From contig JAUWYR010000005.1 in NCBI GenBank assembly GCA_030615745.1, positions 5,703 through 69,702 on the forward strand: 64,000 nucleotides of DNA. Reading direction: 5' to 3'. The translations under genes and the position numbers were made by a program. This stretch comes from Candidatus Zixiibacteriota bacterium (GTDB lineage: Bacteria > Zixibacteria > MSB-5A5 > SM23-73-2). A model generated the notes under the pieces. That model made no database searches. It was not told where the DNA came from and saw nothing but the letters and a program-made list of their open reading frames with translations. The stretch's first letter is position 1, and every line of letters starts with the position of its first letter. This document shows positions 18,445 through 28,902 of the stretch, in pieces.

Positions 18445-19381
18445 AATGGGGTTTAATCGAAGAAAAAAGGGTACAAAAACAAGTGCTTTTGGTTCTCCAG
18501 GAAGAATCAATCATGACTCCACCTCATTTTATAAAAGTAGATTATATGAGGGATTACCTAAGGAAAAGGTAGTCAAGTATGTAGAAAATTCTATACCAAC
18601 TAAGTTTCTGGATAAAATTTTTTGTAAAACAAGTGAAAGAATGGAAGAATTACCAGATAATAGCGTTCATCTGATGGTGACCTCTCCTCCTTACAATGTA
18701 GGAAAAGAGTATGATGAGAATCTAACCTTAAATGAGTACAGAGCTTTTTTGAAAAGGGTATGGAGTGAAGTTAAAAGGGTTCTTGTTCCGGGTGGAAGGG
18801 CATGCATAAATATTGCTAATCTTGGAAGAAAGCCATACATTCCGCTACATGCCTTTATTGTCGAGGACCTGCTTGATTTAGATTTCTTGATGCGTGGCGA
18901 GATTATCTGGAATAAAGCCTCAAGCGGTAGTCCATCAACTGCTTGGGGTAGCTGGTTAACTGCTAAAAACCCGACATTGAGAGATATTCATGAATATATT
19001 TTGGTCTTCTCTAAAGGTATGTTTACAAGAGGAGATACCAGAAGAAAAAGCACAATTTCTAAGAAAGAATTCCTTGAGTTCACGAAAAGCGTCTGGAGTT
19101 TTTCCGCAGAGCCGGCAACAAAAGTGGGGCATCCTGCTCCATTTCCAGTAGAGTTGCCTTACAGACTGATTCAACTTTACACTTTTGAGGGTGAGATTAT
19201 TCTTGACCCATTTATGGGAAGCGGGCAGTCTGCTATTGCCGCGATAAAAACCCAACGCCATTATGTAGGATATGACACAAATGAAGAATATGTGAAATTA
19301 GCAAAGAGGCGTATTAAAGAGTTTTCTATAAATTTTAATGCTCCCAAGTTATTTGAATTTGAAGGGAAAAAGAATGATTAA
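18422..19381 (+). CDS. DNA methyltransferase, beta-class N4-cytosine/N6-adenine (SPPY motif IV before FxGxG motif I)
   Basis: VTSPPYNVGKEY and DPFMGSGQSAIAA motifs in the order typical of M.PvuII-like N4C/N6A MTases. Confidence 0.8.
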   Translation: MTSGGRIEMGFNRRKKGTKTSAFGSPGRINHDSTSFYKSRLYEGLPKEKVVKYVENSIPTKFLDKIFCKTSERMEELPDNSVHLMVTSPPYNVGKEYDENLTLNEYRAFLKRVWSEVKRVLVPGGRACINIANLGRKPYIPLHAFIVEDLLDLDFLMRGEIIWNKASSGSPSTAWGSWLTAKNPTLRDIHEYILVFSKGMFTRGDTRRKSTISKKEFLEFTKSVWSFSAEPATKVGHPAPFPVELPYRLIQLYTFEGEIILDPFMGSGQSAIAAIKTQRHYVGYDTNEEYVKLAKRRIKEFSINFNAPKLFEFEGKKND

Positions 19382-19411
19382 GAGGCTTGCAAGAAAAGAT
19401 ATTTATCCGAA
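19369..19411 (+). repeat. 43-bp direct repeat (right) flanking the R-M cassette
   Basis: aaagaatgattaagaggcttgcaagaaaagatatttatccgaa, which contains the MTase stop codon. Confidence 0.8.
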
Positions 19412-19470
19412 TAATTTCTGGTATAAATGAGTTATATAGGATTACATCCTTAGAAATGAAGGGGAGTTAG

Positions 19471-20346
19471 ATGATACTTTTTTCACAACGACATAGTGAA
19501 GCAATAGAAAATAAAAAACTGACCTTATCCATCTCCAAAAAGATCAGGCAAAAAATAATTTATTGTATGCAAAGGTTTAATAGATGGTATGGATATGACG
19601 AACAAGACTCAATATTTTACGACGATCTGAAAAAATGCCTTCTTGAAAATTACGGAGAAACATCACTTAAGGCATATGTTGATGATGTTTTCAAGGATAC
19701 AGACAAAATTGAAGAATTCATTCTTGGGACCAAGCCTGAATATGTGCTTGATACAATTGAACTGTATGTTACTCTTATTGATAAACCAGGTCAAAAAACA
19801 AATTTCCAAAAGGAGTGCAATCAAATTTTCAAATCAGAAAACTCCCCGGTCAGAATTCTTGACGGCTATATAATCAAGTTAGACTCCGTTTTTTTAGAAA
19901 GTGAGATTCTAAACAAGGCGTACGAACTCCTCAAAGATAGTCATTTTGAGAAAGCTTGCAGGGATTTTCTTAACGCAAGAAACAATCTCACTACAGGGGA
20001 TTATTCCGGGACAATTATTGAGGCAAATAACGCAATTGAGAGTACCTTAAAGAAAGTCCTCGATAAAGAAAAGGGAGATCAAGGAAATTTGAAAAAGTGG
20101 TTAATGAAATCAGGGATCATACCTGATTATTTTCAAGGATTCTGTGAACATTTTGAAGGCTTGCTCCAATCTGCTTTTACAATAGCAAATGAATCGTCAC
20201 GGCATGGGAAAAAAGAAATTCCCGATAAGAGGAATGAAGTCAATTATGCAGTCGCTTCTTTCTTCTTACACCTAGCGGGTTCTTTGATCGTTTTCTTTAT
20301 GGAAAGGTATCAAGAAAATTTGCCAGAAGAGGAATTACCTTTTTGA
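19471..20346 (+). CDS. Putative abortive-infection protein (AbiJ-N-like N-terminus, HEPN/Abi_C-like C-terminus)
   Basis: MILFSQRHSE start resembles AbiJ N-terminal domains. The C-terminal NAIESTLKKVL...ANESSRHGKKE region resembles the Abi_C/HEPN R-x-H motif region. Sits directly downstream of the R-M pair. Confidence 0.35.
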   Translation: MILFSQRHSEAIENKKLTLSISKKIRQKIIYCMQRFNRWYGYDEQDSIFYDDLKKCLLENYGETSLKAYVDDVFKDTDKIEEFILGTKPEYVLDTIELYVTLIDKPGQKTNFQKECNQIFKSENSPVRILDGYIIKLDSVFLESEILNKAYELLKDSHFEKACRDFLNARNNLTTGDYSGTIIEANNAIESTLKKVLDKEKGDQGNLKKWLMKSGIIPDYFQGFCEHFEGLLQSAFTIANESSRHGKKEIPDKRNEVNYAVASFFLHLAGSLIVFFMERYQENLPEEELPF

Positions 20347-20464
20347 TGAAGGCACGATTTTACAAAACTGCGCGTTTGTTATTCATTTTGCTCAAAGTAG
20401 AAACTCCAATTTTAAGCATCAAAGTAAAACATAAGAAAGCTGACTTTAGGACGTTTCAAGAATA

Positions 20465-20535
20465 GAAATTCCCGAATGCGTTATTAGGTGCGGGAAATCC
20501 CCGGAACGGGTCTTGAGACAATTCCCGCACCAACT
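20465..20535. repeat. REP/MITE-like repeat family B copy 2
   Basis: gtgcgggaaatccccggaacgggtcttgagacaattcccgcaccaact. Confidence 0.7.
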
Positions 20536-20572
20536 AAAAAAAGTAAAGCTGAAGCTTTACACTCCAAAGATG

Positions 20573-20914
20573 CTAACAGGTGAGATGAAAAAGCCCTACG
20601 ATTTTTTCCTTTTGGCAAAGTTTATTAAGAGTTTTACAAGCTTCTTTTGTATCCTGTTCAATTAATTTTATCCCCTTTTTCTTAAAAAGTTCAACCGTCT
20701 CAGGAAGAACTTCCATGTATCCATAAAATCCTTTACCAACAATCACTGTGTCTGGCTTAACCTTGAAAATATCTTCGGTTAAATCCTCAACTGAAAGCTG
20801 GTGAGAGGTCTTTCTCCACCAGGAGCTATCAATTTTATCAAGGTAGATTATAACATCTGAGGTATATTTTTTGCTATCTATTACTATTTTTCCGAATTCA
20901 TATGAGTCTATCAT
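20573..20914 (-). CDS. Mth938-like (DUF498-like) small protein
   Basis: Weak resemblance to Mth938-domain proteins. Low confidence. Confidence 0.3.
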   Translation of the reverse strand: MIDSYEFGKIVIDSKKYTSDVIIYLDKIDSSWWRKTSHQLSVEDLTEDIFKVKPDTVIVGKGFYGYMEVLPETVELFKKKGIKLIEQDTKEACKTLNKLCQKEKIVGLFHLTC

Positions 20915-20927
20915 AACGAATAAATTT

Positions 20928-22811
20928 TTATTCTGTTTTCTCTAAAAAATTCAAAATCCCATAATAGATACCCTCAGCGATTTTTTGTTGAAATCTTTTC
21001 TTTTTTAAAAGTATCTCCTGCTCAGGTAAGATTATGAAAGCGCATTCCACTAAAACAGATAAAAGCTGTGATGGTCTGGTCAAAGCCAAATTTGCGTAGT
21101 ACAGCCCATAATCACCAAGCCTTAATTTTTTTACCAGTTCCTTTTGAATCTCTTGTGCCAGAGGTTTGGCTTGAGGGTGATAATAATAGGTGCTTGTTCC
21201 GTTGTTGTAAAAGGGATTTATCCCGTCAGGCAAGGCATTGTTATGGATGCTTATGAGAATATCACAGTCTGCCTCAATTGCTTTTTGGGGTCGATCATAA
21301 AGTGGGACATCCTCCATCCCCTTTCTGGTCAAGATGACTTCCGCCCCTCTCCTCTCCAAGATTTTTTTCAATCTTTTTGCTATCTGAAGATTAACCACCT
21401 TTTCAGATAGTCCAGTTGGACCAACAGCTCCAGGGTCTTCAGAATGTCCAGGATCTATCCCAATCGTCAAACCTTTTAATTTTCCTCTAAACTCAGGCTT
21501 TTTCTTAATTTCCAGAACCAAAATCTTATTCTCATAGAACACATCATAGCCCCAGAATTGCTTTTGATTTAGATAAATTTTTAACTGGTAAACCCCATTT
21601 TTTGGCTGGGTCCATTTAATCTGATCGATTATTTTATCTTCAGAATCATATCTGATCCAATCAGTATTGGAGATAGCATAATAGATGGTAAAAATTAAGC
21701 TGGATTTCTCCTGTTCCACTTTATAGGGGAGTCTTTGCTGAAGGGGTATTCTTACCTGAACACCTTTTTCTGTTTTCTTGGTTCGGATATGAGTGATGTA
21801 GCTTTTTGGAACAGGTGTTCCTTCTAAAAGAAAGGCTACCGAGTCTTTTTCCACCCAGGCGGTCTCATCATCTGCTAATTTGATTCTAACCCAATCACCT
21901 GTCCTTCCGGTTGCCACCGCCCTTACTCCCTGAGGTTGATACAAAAGCACATAACCCAACTTTGGACCGGTTCGGGCAATTAGGGTTGGGTCTAAAAATT
22001 CTATTATCTGTGGGGCCTGATACTTTTTTAAAGTTATCTTTGCAGGTGCTTCCTCCACCACACTTACCAAGTTGTTGAGGGAGTCAATTACAGAATTTTT
22101 TGGAAATGAAAAGGTCAAAAAGTCCCTAAGGGAGGAAAGCCTTTTTGTTAGTCTAAATATAATTTTTGCTGAATCGATCTTATCGTTTTCCTTGACGATA
22201 TATGAACCATAATAAATTCCTCTGACCAAATCTTTTTCTTTCTCCTTCTCATCCTCTTCGAAAACTACCAAATCTTTTGAAGGAAAGGTTTTATCTAAAG
22301 AAAGTTCAGCCATGGGTAGATCATAGGTGAGGCCATCGATTCTGAAATATCCCCAGCAATTAGGAGTTCCCCTGAAACTGACCTGAATGATATCCCCAGG
22401 GGTTAAAACCAAATCCAAATTTGGTTTAATACTTTCTTTTTCTATCCTTAAAGTATCATCCGGAGTAGAACTGAGTGGATGGGGGATAATGACTTTAACT
22501 GTGTCAAAAGTGGTTCCTTTTTTATTTTCTGCTTTTAATTCAAAGAAAAAATCACCTGGTTTCAAAGGCAGGAAAGCCATGAATGCACCATTTTCATAGA
22601 CTTTGACATCAAATCCATTTATCTTCAAAGATGAGTTAGGTGTAACCTGCCCGAAGATGAATGTGGAATCATATGCACCTATCTTCTGTCCATTTTTAGG
22701 ATAGACCACATCTATCTTGGGAGCAGATTGGGCTATACCGAAATGTAAGCTCCAAAAGAAGAACAAAGAAAAAAAGACCTTAATACAAAATTTGTTTTTT
22801 AATCTATTCAT
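20928..22811 (-). CDS. N-acetylmuramoyl-L-alanine amidase (Amidase_3 catalytic domain) with large N-terminal domain and signal peptide
   Basis: GIDPGHSEDPGAVGP...ISIHNNA...ALTRPS motifs in the C-terminal third, plus an N-terminal signal sequence. Confidence 0.75.
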   Translation of the reverse strand: MNRLKNKFCIKVFFSLFFFWSLHFGIAQSAPKIDVVYPKNGQKIGAYDSTFIFGQVTPNSSLKINGFDVKVYENGAFMAFLPLKPGDFFFELKAENKKGTTFDTVKVIIPHPLSSTPDDTLRIEKESIKPNLDLVLTPGDIIQVSFRGTPNCWGYFRIDGLTYDLPMAELSLDKTFPSKDLVVFEEDEKEKEKDLVRGIYYGSYIVKENDKIDSAKIIFRLTKRLSSLRDFLTFSFPKNSVIDSLNNLVSVVEEAPAKITLKKYQAPQIIEFLDPTLIARTGPKLGYVLLYQPQGVRAVATGRTGDWVRIKLADDETAWVEKDSVAFLLEGTPVPKSYITHIRTKKTEKGVQVRIPLQQRLPYKVEQEKSSLIFTIYYAISNTDWIRYDSEDKIIDQIKWTQPKNGVYQLKIYLNQKQFWGYDVFYENKILVLEIKKKPEFRGKLKGLTIGIDPGHSEDPGAVGPTGLSEKVVNLQIAKRLKKILERRGAEVILTRKGMEDVPLYDRPQKAIEADCDILISIHNNALPDGINPFYNNGTSTYYYHPQAKPLAQEIQKELVKKLRLGDYGLYYANLALTRPSQLLSVLVECAFIILPEQEILLKKKRFQQKIAEGIYYGILNFLEKTE

Positions 22812-22874
22812 ATCTAAAAAAACTTTTTTATTTGTTCATTTTTATATAATCGACATCAAAAAAAGTTTTCGTAA

Positions 22875-24014
22875 TCAATTTATGTAAACTTTGGGCAATC
22901 TTTTTCCCATTCTCGATATGATCTCATAGTTTATCGTTGAAGACCAGAAAGCTAAATCACAAGCTGTGATTTCTTCTTCCCCGTTTTTTCCGATTAAGGT
23001 TACTTCATCCCCGATTTTGACCCCTAAAATATCCGTAACATCAACCATAAAAGCATCCATACAAACTCTGCCAATTACTGGAGCTTTTTTGCCACGGATC
23101 AAAACCTCCCCTTTATTTGACAGAAGCCTGGGGTATCCATCAGCATATCCTAAGGGAATAGTAGCCACTTTGGTCTTCCTTTTTGTGAAAAAAGTTCTGC
23201 CGTAACCTATAAAACTTCCCTTTTCCACTTCTTTTAAAAACATAATCTTTGATTCTAAAGACATAACCGGCTCAACTCTAATCGATTTTGAGAGTTCCTC
23301 GGATGGATAAACTCCATAAAGCAGGAGACCAACTCTTACCTGGTTAAAATAACTTTCCGAAAGGTTTAAAACCGCAGCTGAGTTAGCAATAGATTTGATC
23401 AAATCCCTCTGGTTTAAAAATTCAAGTCTCTTCAAAACTTCTTTGAACTTGTTAATCTGCTTTAATGCGGACTTTTTATCTTCCCCTTCAGCCTCTGATA
23501 GCTGGGATAATATCCCTTTTATCTTTATATTTTCCAACTCTTTTATCTTTTTAAAAAACTCATAGGATTTTTCAGCAAAAAATCCATATCTTCCCATACC
23601 AGTGTCGATTTTTAAAAAAACTTCAGAGGTTTTTTTCTGTTTTTTCGCCTCTAAAGAAAGCATCCTTGCAAATTCGAAATCTGTAATAGTCGATTCCAGA
23701 TCATATTCTACAATCATTTTTTCTCTTCCATAAAACTCAGGATAAAGAATAAGAATTGGCGATTTAATCCCTTTTTCTCTTAATTCTATACCCTCCTCCA
23801 GGATAGCCACACCCAGACTTCCCGCTCCGTTTTCTAAAACCACCTTTGATACCTCGTAAGCACCATGCCCATAACCATCTGCTTTGACCACAGCCAAAAG
23901 CTCAACTTCTGGTCCTAAAGTTTTTTTAATATTTTTTGTATTTAGAGCCAATCTTTTTAAATCGACCTCTAAAAAGGCGGGTCTTTTGAATCTGTTTTCG
24001 CAAGTTTTGCTCAT
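22875..24014 (-). CDS. alr: Alanine racemase
   Basis: PLP-lysine motif AVVKADGYGHG and an overall Alr-like sequence. Confidence 0.85.
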   Translation of the reverse strand: MSKTCENRFKRPAFLEVDLKRLALNTKNIKKTLGPEVELLAVVKADGYGHGAYEVSKVVLENGAGSLGVAILEEGIELREKGIKSPILILYPEFYGREKMIVEYDLESTITDFEFARMLSLEAKKQKKTSEVFLKIDTGMGRYGFFAEKSYEFFKKIKELENIKIKGILSQLSEAEGEDKKSALKQINKFKEVLKRLEFLNQRDLIKSIANSAAVLNLSESYFNQVRVGLLLYGVYPSEELSKSIRVEPVMSLESKIMFLKEVEKGSFIGYGRTFFTKRKTKVATIPLGYADGYPRLLSNKGEVLIRGKKAPVIGRVCMDAFMVDVTDILGVKIGDEVTLIGKNGEEEITACDLAFWSSTINYEIISRMGKRLPKVYIN

Positions 24015-24370
24015 AATTTTCAGAGTTATATATTTAATCCAGACTTTAAAGTCAAGTAAAGTTTTCTCAGGTTGAAGGTGAATGGATAAAAAATTTTGAT
24101 TTAAAAAGGTCTTAAAAGAAGGTAGACCACAAACAAAAATTTATTCTACATCGTAAAAAGACGAAAGCCCCGAATAAGGGGAAGGAGAAAAGCTTACGTT
24201 TTTTTCCTTCCCCTTCCTCCCTTCTATAACCTGTTTAAAGATAATTTAATGGTTTCATTATTCTCAAAGCTATTACCCTTAACTTTTTTCAAAAGAAAAC
24301 CGAAAATTCTTGCTTTTCTTTCCGATAAACATTATTTAGATATGTATAAACCATTAAACCCGGGGGAGAG

Positions 24371-24745
24371 ATGAAATTTGAATTGAAAAGAATCGATGTC
24401 TGGAGTATTACCAAGATAAGCTTTTTTCTGAACGGTGTCTTTGGGTTGCTTTTTGGTTTTTTCTATGCCCTTATTCTTGCTATGGTGGGAAGTATGATTG
24501 GACCTCTATCCGGAGGGGAGTTCGATTCATTCGGTGCATTAACCGGTGCCTTCGGAATCTTTTTTGCAATTATTTTAGCTATATTTTCTGCTGTAACCGG
24601 AGGAGTCACAGCTGCTGTTTTTGCCTGGCTTTACAATCTTTTTGCCAAATGGATCGGTGGAATAGAAATAAATTTAGCCGGGGAAAAAATTGAATCTGTC
24701 TCACCATCTGATGAAAAATCAGAGGGGATGTCCAGATATGAATGA
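24371..24745 (+). CDS. Small membrane protein (hypothetical), translationally coupled to gltX
   Basis: Two or three TM helices. An ATGA overlap joins it to the gltX start. Confidence 0.4.
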   Translation: MKFELKRIDVWSITKISFFLNGVFGLLFGFFYALILAMVGSMIGPLSGGEFDSFGALTGAFGIFFAIILAIFSAVTGGVTAAVFAWLYNLFAKWIGGIEINLAGEKIESVSPSDEKSEGMSRYE

Positions 24746-26183
24746 GGTCAGAGTAAGAATTGCACCCTCTCCATCAGGTTTTCTTCATGTTGGGATTGCA
24801 AGGACTGCTATTTACAACTGGCTTTTTGCGCGTCATCATAAGGGGGTCTTTATTCTAAGGATCGAGGATACCGACCCGTCCCGTTCAAGTCCTGAGATGG
24901 TAGAAGCTATAATCGAGAGTTTGAAATGGTTGGGTCTGGATCGGGATGAGGGACCATACTATCAGTCCCAGAGAAAAGAACTTCATCAGAAATATGCCCA
25001 GAAGCTTTTGGAGACTAAGAAAGCTTACTTTTGCTTTTGCACGCCCCAGGAGTTGGAGGAAAAGAGAAAAAAAGCCAAAGCCTCTAAGGCTGACTGGAAA
25101 TATGACCGCACCTGTTTAAAACTTTCGGATGCGGAAAAAGAGAAAAAAATAAGAAAGGGAGAGCCCAGGGCGATAAGGCTTTTGGTCCCATCAGGCAAAA
25201 CAGAGTTCGATGATCTGGTTTACAAACATTTAGAAAAGGAGAACGAAGATATTGATGACCTTATAATCGTTCGTTCAGATGGTAGACCAACTTATAATTT
25301 TGCCTGTGTTGTAGACGATGTTGAGATGAGAATCTCACATATTATAAGGGGAAATGACCACATCTCAAATACGTTCAAACAGATTCTCATCTATAAGGCT
25401 TTTGAGCTGACTCCTCCTAAATTTGCTCATATTCCTCTTATCTTAGGAAAGGATAAAGCCAAGGTCTCCAAAAGGCATGGGGCGATCTCTGTGATGGAGT
25501 ATAAGGAACAAGGCTTTCTGCGGGAAGCTTTTTTGAATTTCTTAGCCCTTCTGGGTTGGTCACCCAAAGACAACAGGGAAATCCTTTCCACAGAAAAGAT
25601 GATAGAGCTGTTCTCCCTTGAAGGAGTGAATCCAGCCAATCCAATTTTTGATCCAGAGAAACTTGAATGGATGAACGGGGAATACATCCGCGCTAGCGAT
25701 AATGAAAAGCTTTGCGACCTGGTCATTCCCTTTTTGATCAAGGAGAATTTGATTACAGACAAGACAGCGAAACAGAAAAGGGAAAGGCTTTTGAAATTTG
25801 TTTCATTGTTCAAAGAAAGATGCAAGACTTTGAAAGATTTTGCAGAAAAAGGTAAATACTTTTTTGCGTTTGACTACAGGTACGAGCCAAAAGCTGTAAG
25901 TGAACATTTCAATTCCGCTGAAGATGTTCAAAGATTGAACACTTTTGTCCAACGCTTGGATCAACTTGAAAGATTCGAAAAAGAGAAAATTGAACAAGCG
26001 CTACGCAACCTAACAGATGAGATGAAAATAAAGCCCGCCCCCCTGATTCATACGGTTCGCTTGGCAGCAACCGGAACCTCATCCGGACCCCCGCTTTTCG
26101 ACATCTTGGAACTTCTGGGCAGAGAAGAGGTTGTAAAAAGAATCAAAAAAGCAGTTGAGTTTATTAAGACGAAATTCAATTAG
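24738..26183 (+). CDS. gltX: Glutamyl-tRNA synthetase
   Basis: RIAPSPSGFLHVGIARTA (HIGH region) and KVSKRHG (KMSKS). The start was placed at MNEVRV, with an AGGGGA RBS at 24723-24728. Confidence 0.9.
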   Translation: MNEVRVRIAPSPSGFLHVGIARTAIYNWLFARHHKGVFILRIEDTDPSRSSPEMVEAIIESLKWLGLDRDEGPYYQSQRKELHQKYAQKLLETKKAYFCFCTPQELEEKRKKAKASKADWKYDRTCLKLSDAEKEKKIRKGEPRAIRLLVPSGKTEFDDLVYKHLEKENEDIDDLIIVRSDGRPTYNFACVVDDVEMRISHIIRGNDHISNTFKQILIYKAFELTPPKFAHIPLILGKDKAKVSKRHGAISVMEYKEQGFLREAFLNFLALLGWSPKDNREILSTEKMIELFSLEGVNPANPIFDPEKLEWMNGEYIRASDNEKLCDLVIPFLIKENLITDKTAKQKRERLLKFVSLFKERCKTLKDFAEKGKYFFAFDYRYEPKAVSEHFNSAEDVQRLNTFVQRLDQLERFEKEKIEQALRNLTDEMKIKPAPLIHTVRLAATGTSSGPPLFDILELLGREEVVKRIKKAVEFIKTKFN

Positions 26184-26334
26184 AAAAGGTCGCTGAAAAA
26201 AGCCAAATAGAGAAAGGTTTAACTGGAGTGTCAAGCTTTAGCTTGACCTGAAAGGTCCTGAAAGGCAGAAGATCTTTAGTTGGTTCACCTAAAGGTGAAC
26301 ACTCCAAATTCCGCTATCAGTTGTGTAGTTGTGT

Positions 26335-26365
26335 AGGTCAGGAGCCCTGTGCTCCTGACATCCAA
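26335..26365. repeat. REP hairpin flanking RAYT (left)
   Basis: gtaggtcaggagccctgtgctcctgacatcc. Inverted copy at 26932-26960. Confidence 0.7.
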
Positions 26366-26370
26366 TATTA

Positions 26371-26874
26371 TTATTCTCCAAATTCTCCCTCAATCTCGAT
26401 GGTGCCCATCACTCCCCAGTCGCGAGAATAGAACCCCTCCGCATGATATTTGTGCATCGACGAGTGCGGCCAGTCGAACGGGGAATTGACGTATCTATGT
26501 TTGACCGGATTAAAATGAATATAATCGATATGTCGATTCAAGTCTTCTTGGTCTCTAATAATATGATCCCAAAAGCGATTTTGCCATATTCTGCCGCAAA
26601 CTAGATTCATTCGCTTTCGCCACAAGGCACCAAAGCTCATTTTGATTCGCTGAAGAATGTTTGAAATGTCGTGTTCTTTGGGGTCGATGACGATATGGAA
26701 ATGGTCAGGTAAAATAACCCACGCCATTATGTCATAGGTTGATTTATCTTTGACCGTATTAAATCCAGTCCAAAGCAAATCAATGTTATCGACCAACACA
26801 GGCTTTCGCCTGTATGTTACATTGGTGATGAAATAGAGATTACCCTCACCATGGTAACGACGCAAAATGGACAT
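26371..26874 (-). CDS. rayT: IS200/IS605-family HUH Y1 transposase, REP-associated tyrosine transposase (RAYT/TnpA_REP) type
   Basis: HUH motif LPDHFHIVI and catalytic Tyr region HIDYIHFNPVKH. A 167-aa single-ORF element flanked by inverted GC-rich hairpins. Confidence 0.75.
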   Translation of the reverse strand: MSILRRYHGEGNLYFITNVTYRRKPVLVDNIDLLWTGFNTVKDKSTYDIMAWVILPDHFHIVIDPKEHDISNILQRIKMSFGALWRKRMNLVCGRIWQNRFWDHIIRDQEDLNRHIDYIHFNPVKHRYVNSPFDWPHSSMHKYHAEGFYSRDWGVMGTIEIEGEFGE

Positions 26875-26931
26875 AATTACAATAACAACAAAGGCTTGAT
26901 TGTTAAAACAAATTGTCTCCCATGAAATAAA

Positions 26932-26960
26932 CTGTCAGGAGCGCGGGGCTCCTGACCTAC
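26932..26960. repeat. REP hairpin flanking RAYT (right, inverted)
   Basis: ctgtcaggagcgcggggctcctgacctac. Overlaps the last codons of glnS. Confidence 0.7.
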
Positions 26961-28713
26961 TCAGTTGCTCCTTCTCGATCTTTGCCCAGGGGTCATAAAG
27001 CGATACTGTCCGATTGAATACCAGTTTTTCATCGGACGTGTCAGAATCAACGCAGAAATAGCCCAGCCTTAAGAACTGATATTTATTTCCAGGTTTTGCA
27101 CCAGCAAGGTTAGGCTCAACTTTGCACGAAGTCAATATCTCCAACGAGTTCGGATTCAAATTAGCTTTGAAATCAGAACCCTCCTCCACATCGTCTGGAT
27201 TTGCTTTCAGGAAAAGATGATCATACAAGCGCACTTCGGCTTCGAGAGAATGAGCAGAAGAAACCCAGTGCAAGGTAGCTTTGACCTTACGTCCTGCTTT
27301 AGCCCCGCCGCTTTTAGTCTCAGGGTCGAAACTTGCGTGCAGTTCGACCACTTCGCCCGTCTTTTCATCCTTAACTACCCTTTCACATCTGATAATATAC
27401 GCGTGTTTTAGACGAACCTCTTGACCAGGAGCTAATCGGAAAAACTTTTTCGGTGGAACCTCTCGAAAATCGTCTTGTTCGATAAAAAGCACACGAGAAA
27501 AAGGAACCTTACGCGTCCCCATACTAACATCCTCTGGATTGTTTATAGCTTCTAACTCTTCGGTCTGATCTTCCGGATAGTTGTCTATGACCACCCGCAG
27601 TGGTCGCAACACAGCCATAACACGCATAGCTTTTTTATTCAAATCTTCTCTGAGGCAGTGCTCTAAAAGTGCTATATCAACGATACTATCCCTCTTGGCC
27701 ACTCCGATACGCTCACAAAAGTTTCGGATTGCCTCCGGGGTGTAGCCACGTCTTCGCAAACCTGAAATCGTGGGCATTCGTGGGTCATCCCATCCCTTGA
27801 CATATCCTTCTTCTACCAATTGCAGAAGCTTTCTTTTGCTCAAAACTGTGTGACTTAAATTCAAGCGAGCGAACTCGATTTGCTGTGGGTGATGAATGTT
27901 CAATTGATCAAGAAACCAGTCGTACAAGGGGCGATGGTCTTCAAATTCTAAGGTGCAAATCGAATGGGTGATCCCTTCAATGGAATCTGATTGACCATGG
28001 GCAAAGTCGTACATCGGATAGATGCACCACTTATCGCCTGTTCGGTGATGTGTCGCATGAAGGATGCGATACATCACCGGATCCCGCAGGTTCAAATTTC
28101 CGGATGCCATATCAATTTTCGCCCGAAGAACATGGGCACCGTCCTCAAATTCGCCTGCGCGCATACGCTCGAAAAGATTTAGGTTCTCTTCGACCGAACG
28201 ATTTCTGTGAGGACTTTCCCGACCGGGTTGGGTCAAGGTGCCGCGGTACTCTCTGATTTCATCAGCGCTCAAGCTGTCGACATAAGCCTTGCCATCCTTG
28301 ATTAACTGCACCGCGTACTGGTATAGCTTGTCATAGTAGTCAGATGCAAAAAACAGCCTTTCCTCCCAATCGAATCCAAGCCAGCGAACATCCTCTATGA
28401 TAGATTCCACATATTCAGCTTGCTCTTTGGTTGGATTGGTATCGTCGAATCGCAAATTGCAAAAGCCTCCGTAATCGGCGGCTAAACCGAAATTTAGGCA
28501 GATCGATTTGGCGTGTCCGATGTGCAGATAGCCGTTAGGCTCCGGCGGAAATCGGGTGTGCACTCGCCCTTCGTATTTGTTTGTGCTCAGGTCCTCCTCG
28601 ATGATATCTCGGATAAAATCGGAGGGGCGAGTAGAATTGGTCTTTTTCATACTTTTGGTTTTTTTCTCGTTTTTCTTTTTGCTGTTTTCTGGCTCGGTGT
28701 TCGGTGATTTCAT
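26935..28713 (-). CDS. glnS: Glutaminyl-tRNA synthetase
   Basis: [17 protein letters not shown] (HIGH region) with GlnRS-like collinearity. The true start may be the downstream Met near 28650 ([14 protein letters not shown] aligns with the E. coli N-terminus). Confidence 0.9.
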   Translation of the reverse strand: MKSPNTEPENSKKKNEKKTKSMKKTNSTRPSDFIRDIIEEDLSTNKYEGRVHTRFPPEPNGYLHIGHAKSICLNFGLAADYGGFCNLRFDDTNPTKEQAEYVESIIEDVRWLGFDWEERLFFASDYYDKLYQYAVQLIKDGKAYVDSLSADEIREYRGTLTQPGRESPHRNRSVEENLNLFERMRAGEFEDGAHVLRAKIDMASGNLNLRDPVMYRILHATHHRTGDKWCIYPMYDFAHGQSDSIEGITHSICTLEFEDHRPLYDWFLDQLNIHHPQQIEFARLNLSHTVLSKRKLLQLVEEGYVKGWDDPRMPTISGLRRRGYTPEAIRNFCERIGVAKRDSIVDIALLEHCLREDLNKKAMRVMAVLRPLRVVIDNYPEDQTEELEAINNPEDVSMGTRKVPFSRVLFIEQDDFREVPPKKFFRLAPGQEVRLKHAYIIRCERVVKDEKTGEVVELHASFDPETKSGGAKAGRKVKATLHWVSSAHSLEAEVRLYDHLFLKANPDDVEEGSDFKANLNPNSLEILTSCKVEPNLAGAKPGNKYQFLRLGYFCVDSDTSDEKLVFNRTVSLYDPWAKIEKEQLSRSGAPRS

Positions 28714-28902
28714 AACTTTTTCACCTCGATCTTGAGTGAAGTGGTGATACTTTTCTCACATTTGCACCAAGACAATATAACACTTTATAGGTCTTTATGC
28801 CAGAATAAAAATTTAATAATTGTCCGTTGCCAGAGATTTTGGGAAGGAGGAGGTTATAAAGAGATTAGAAAAAGGATAGAGTTTATAAAAAATAAATTTA
28901 GT

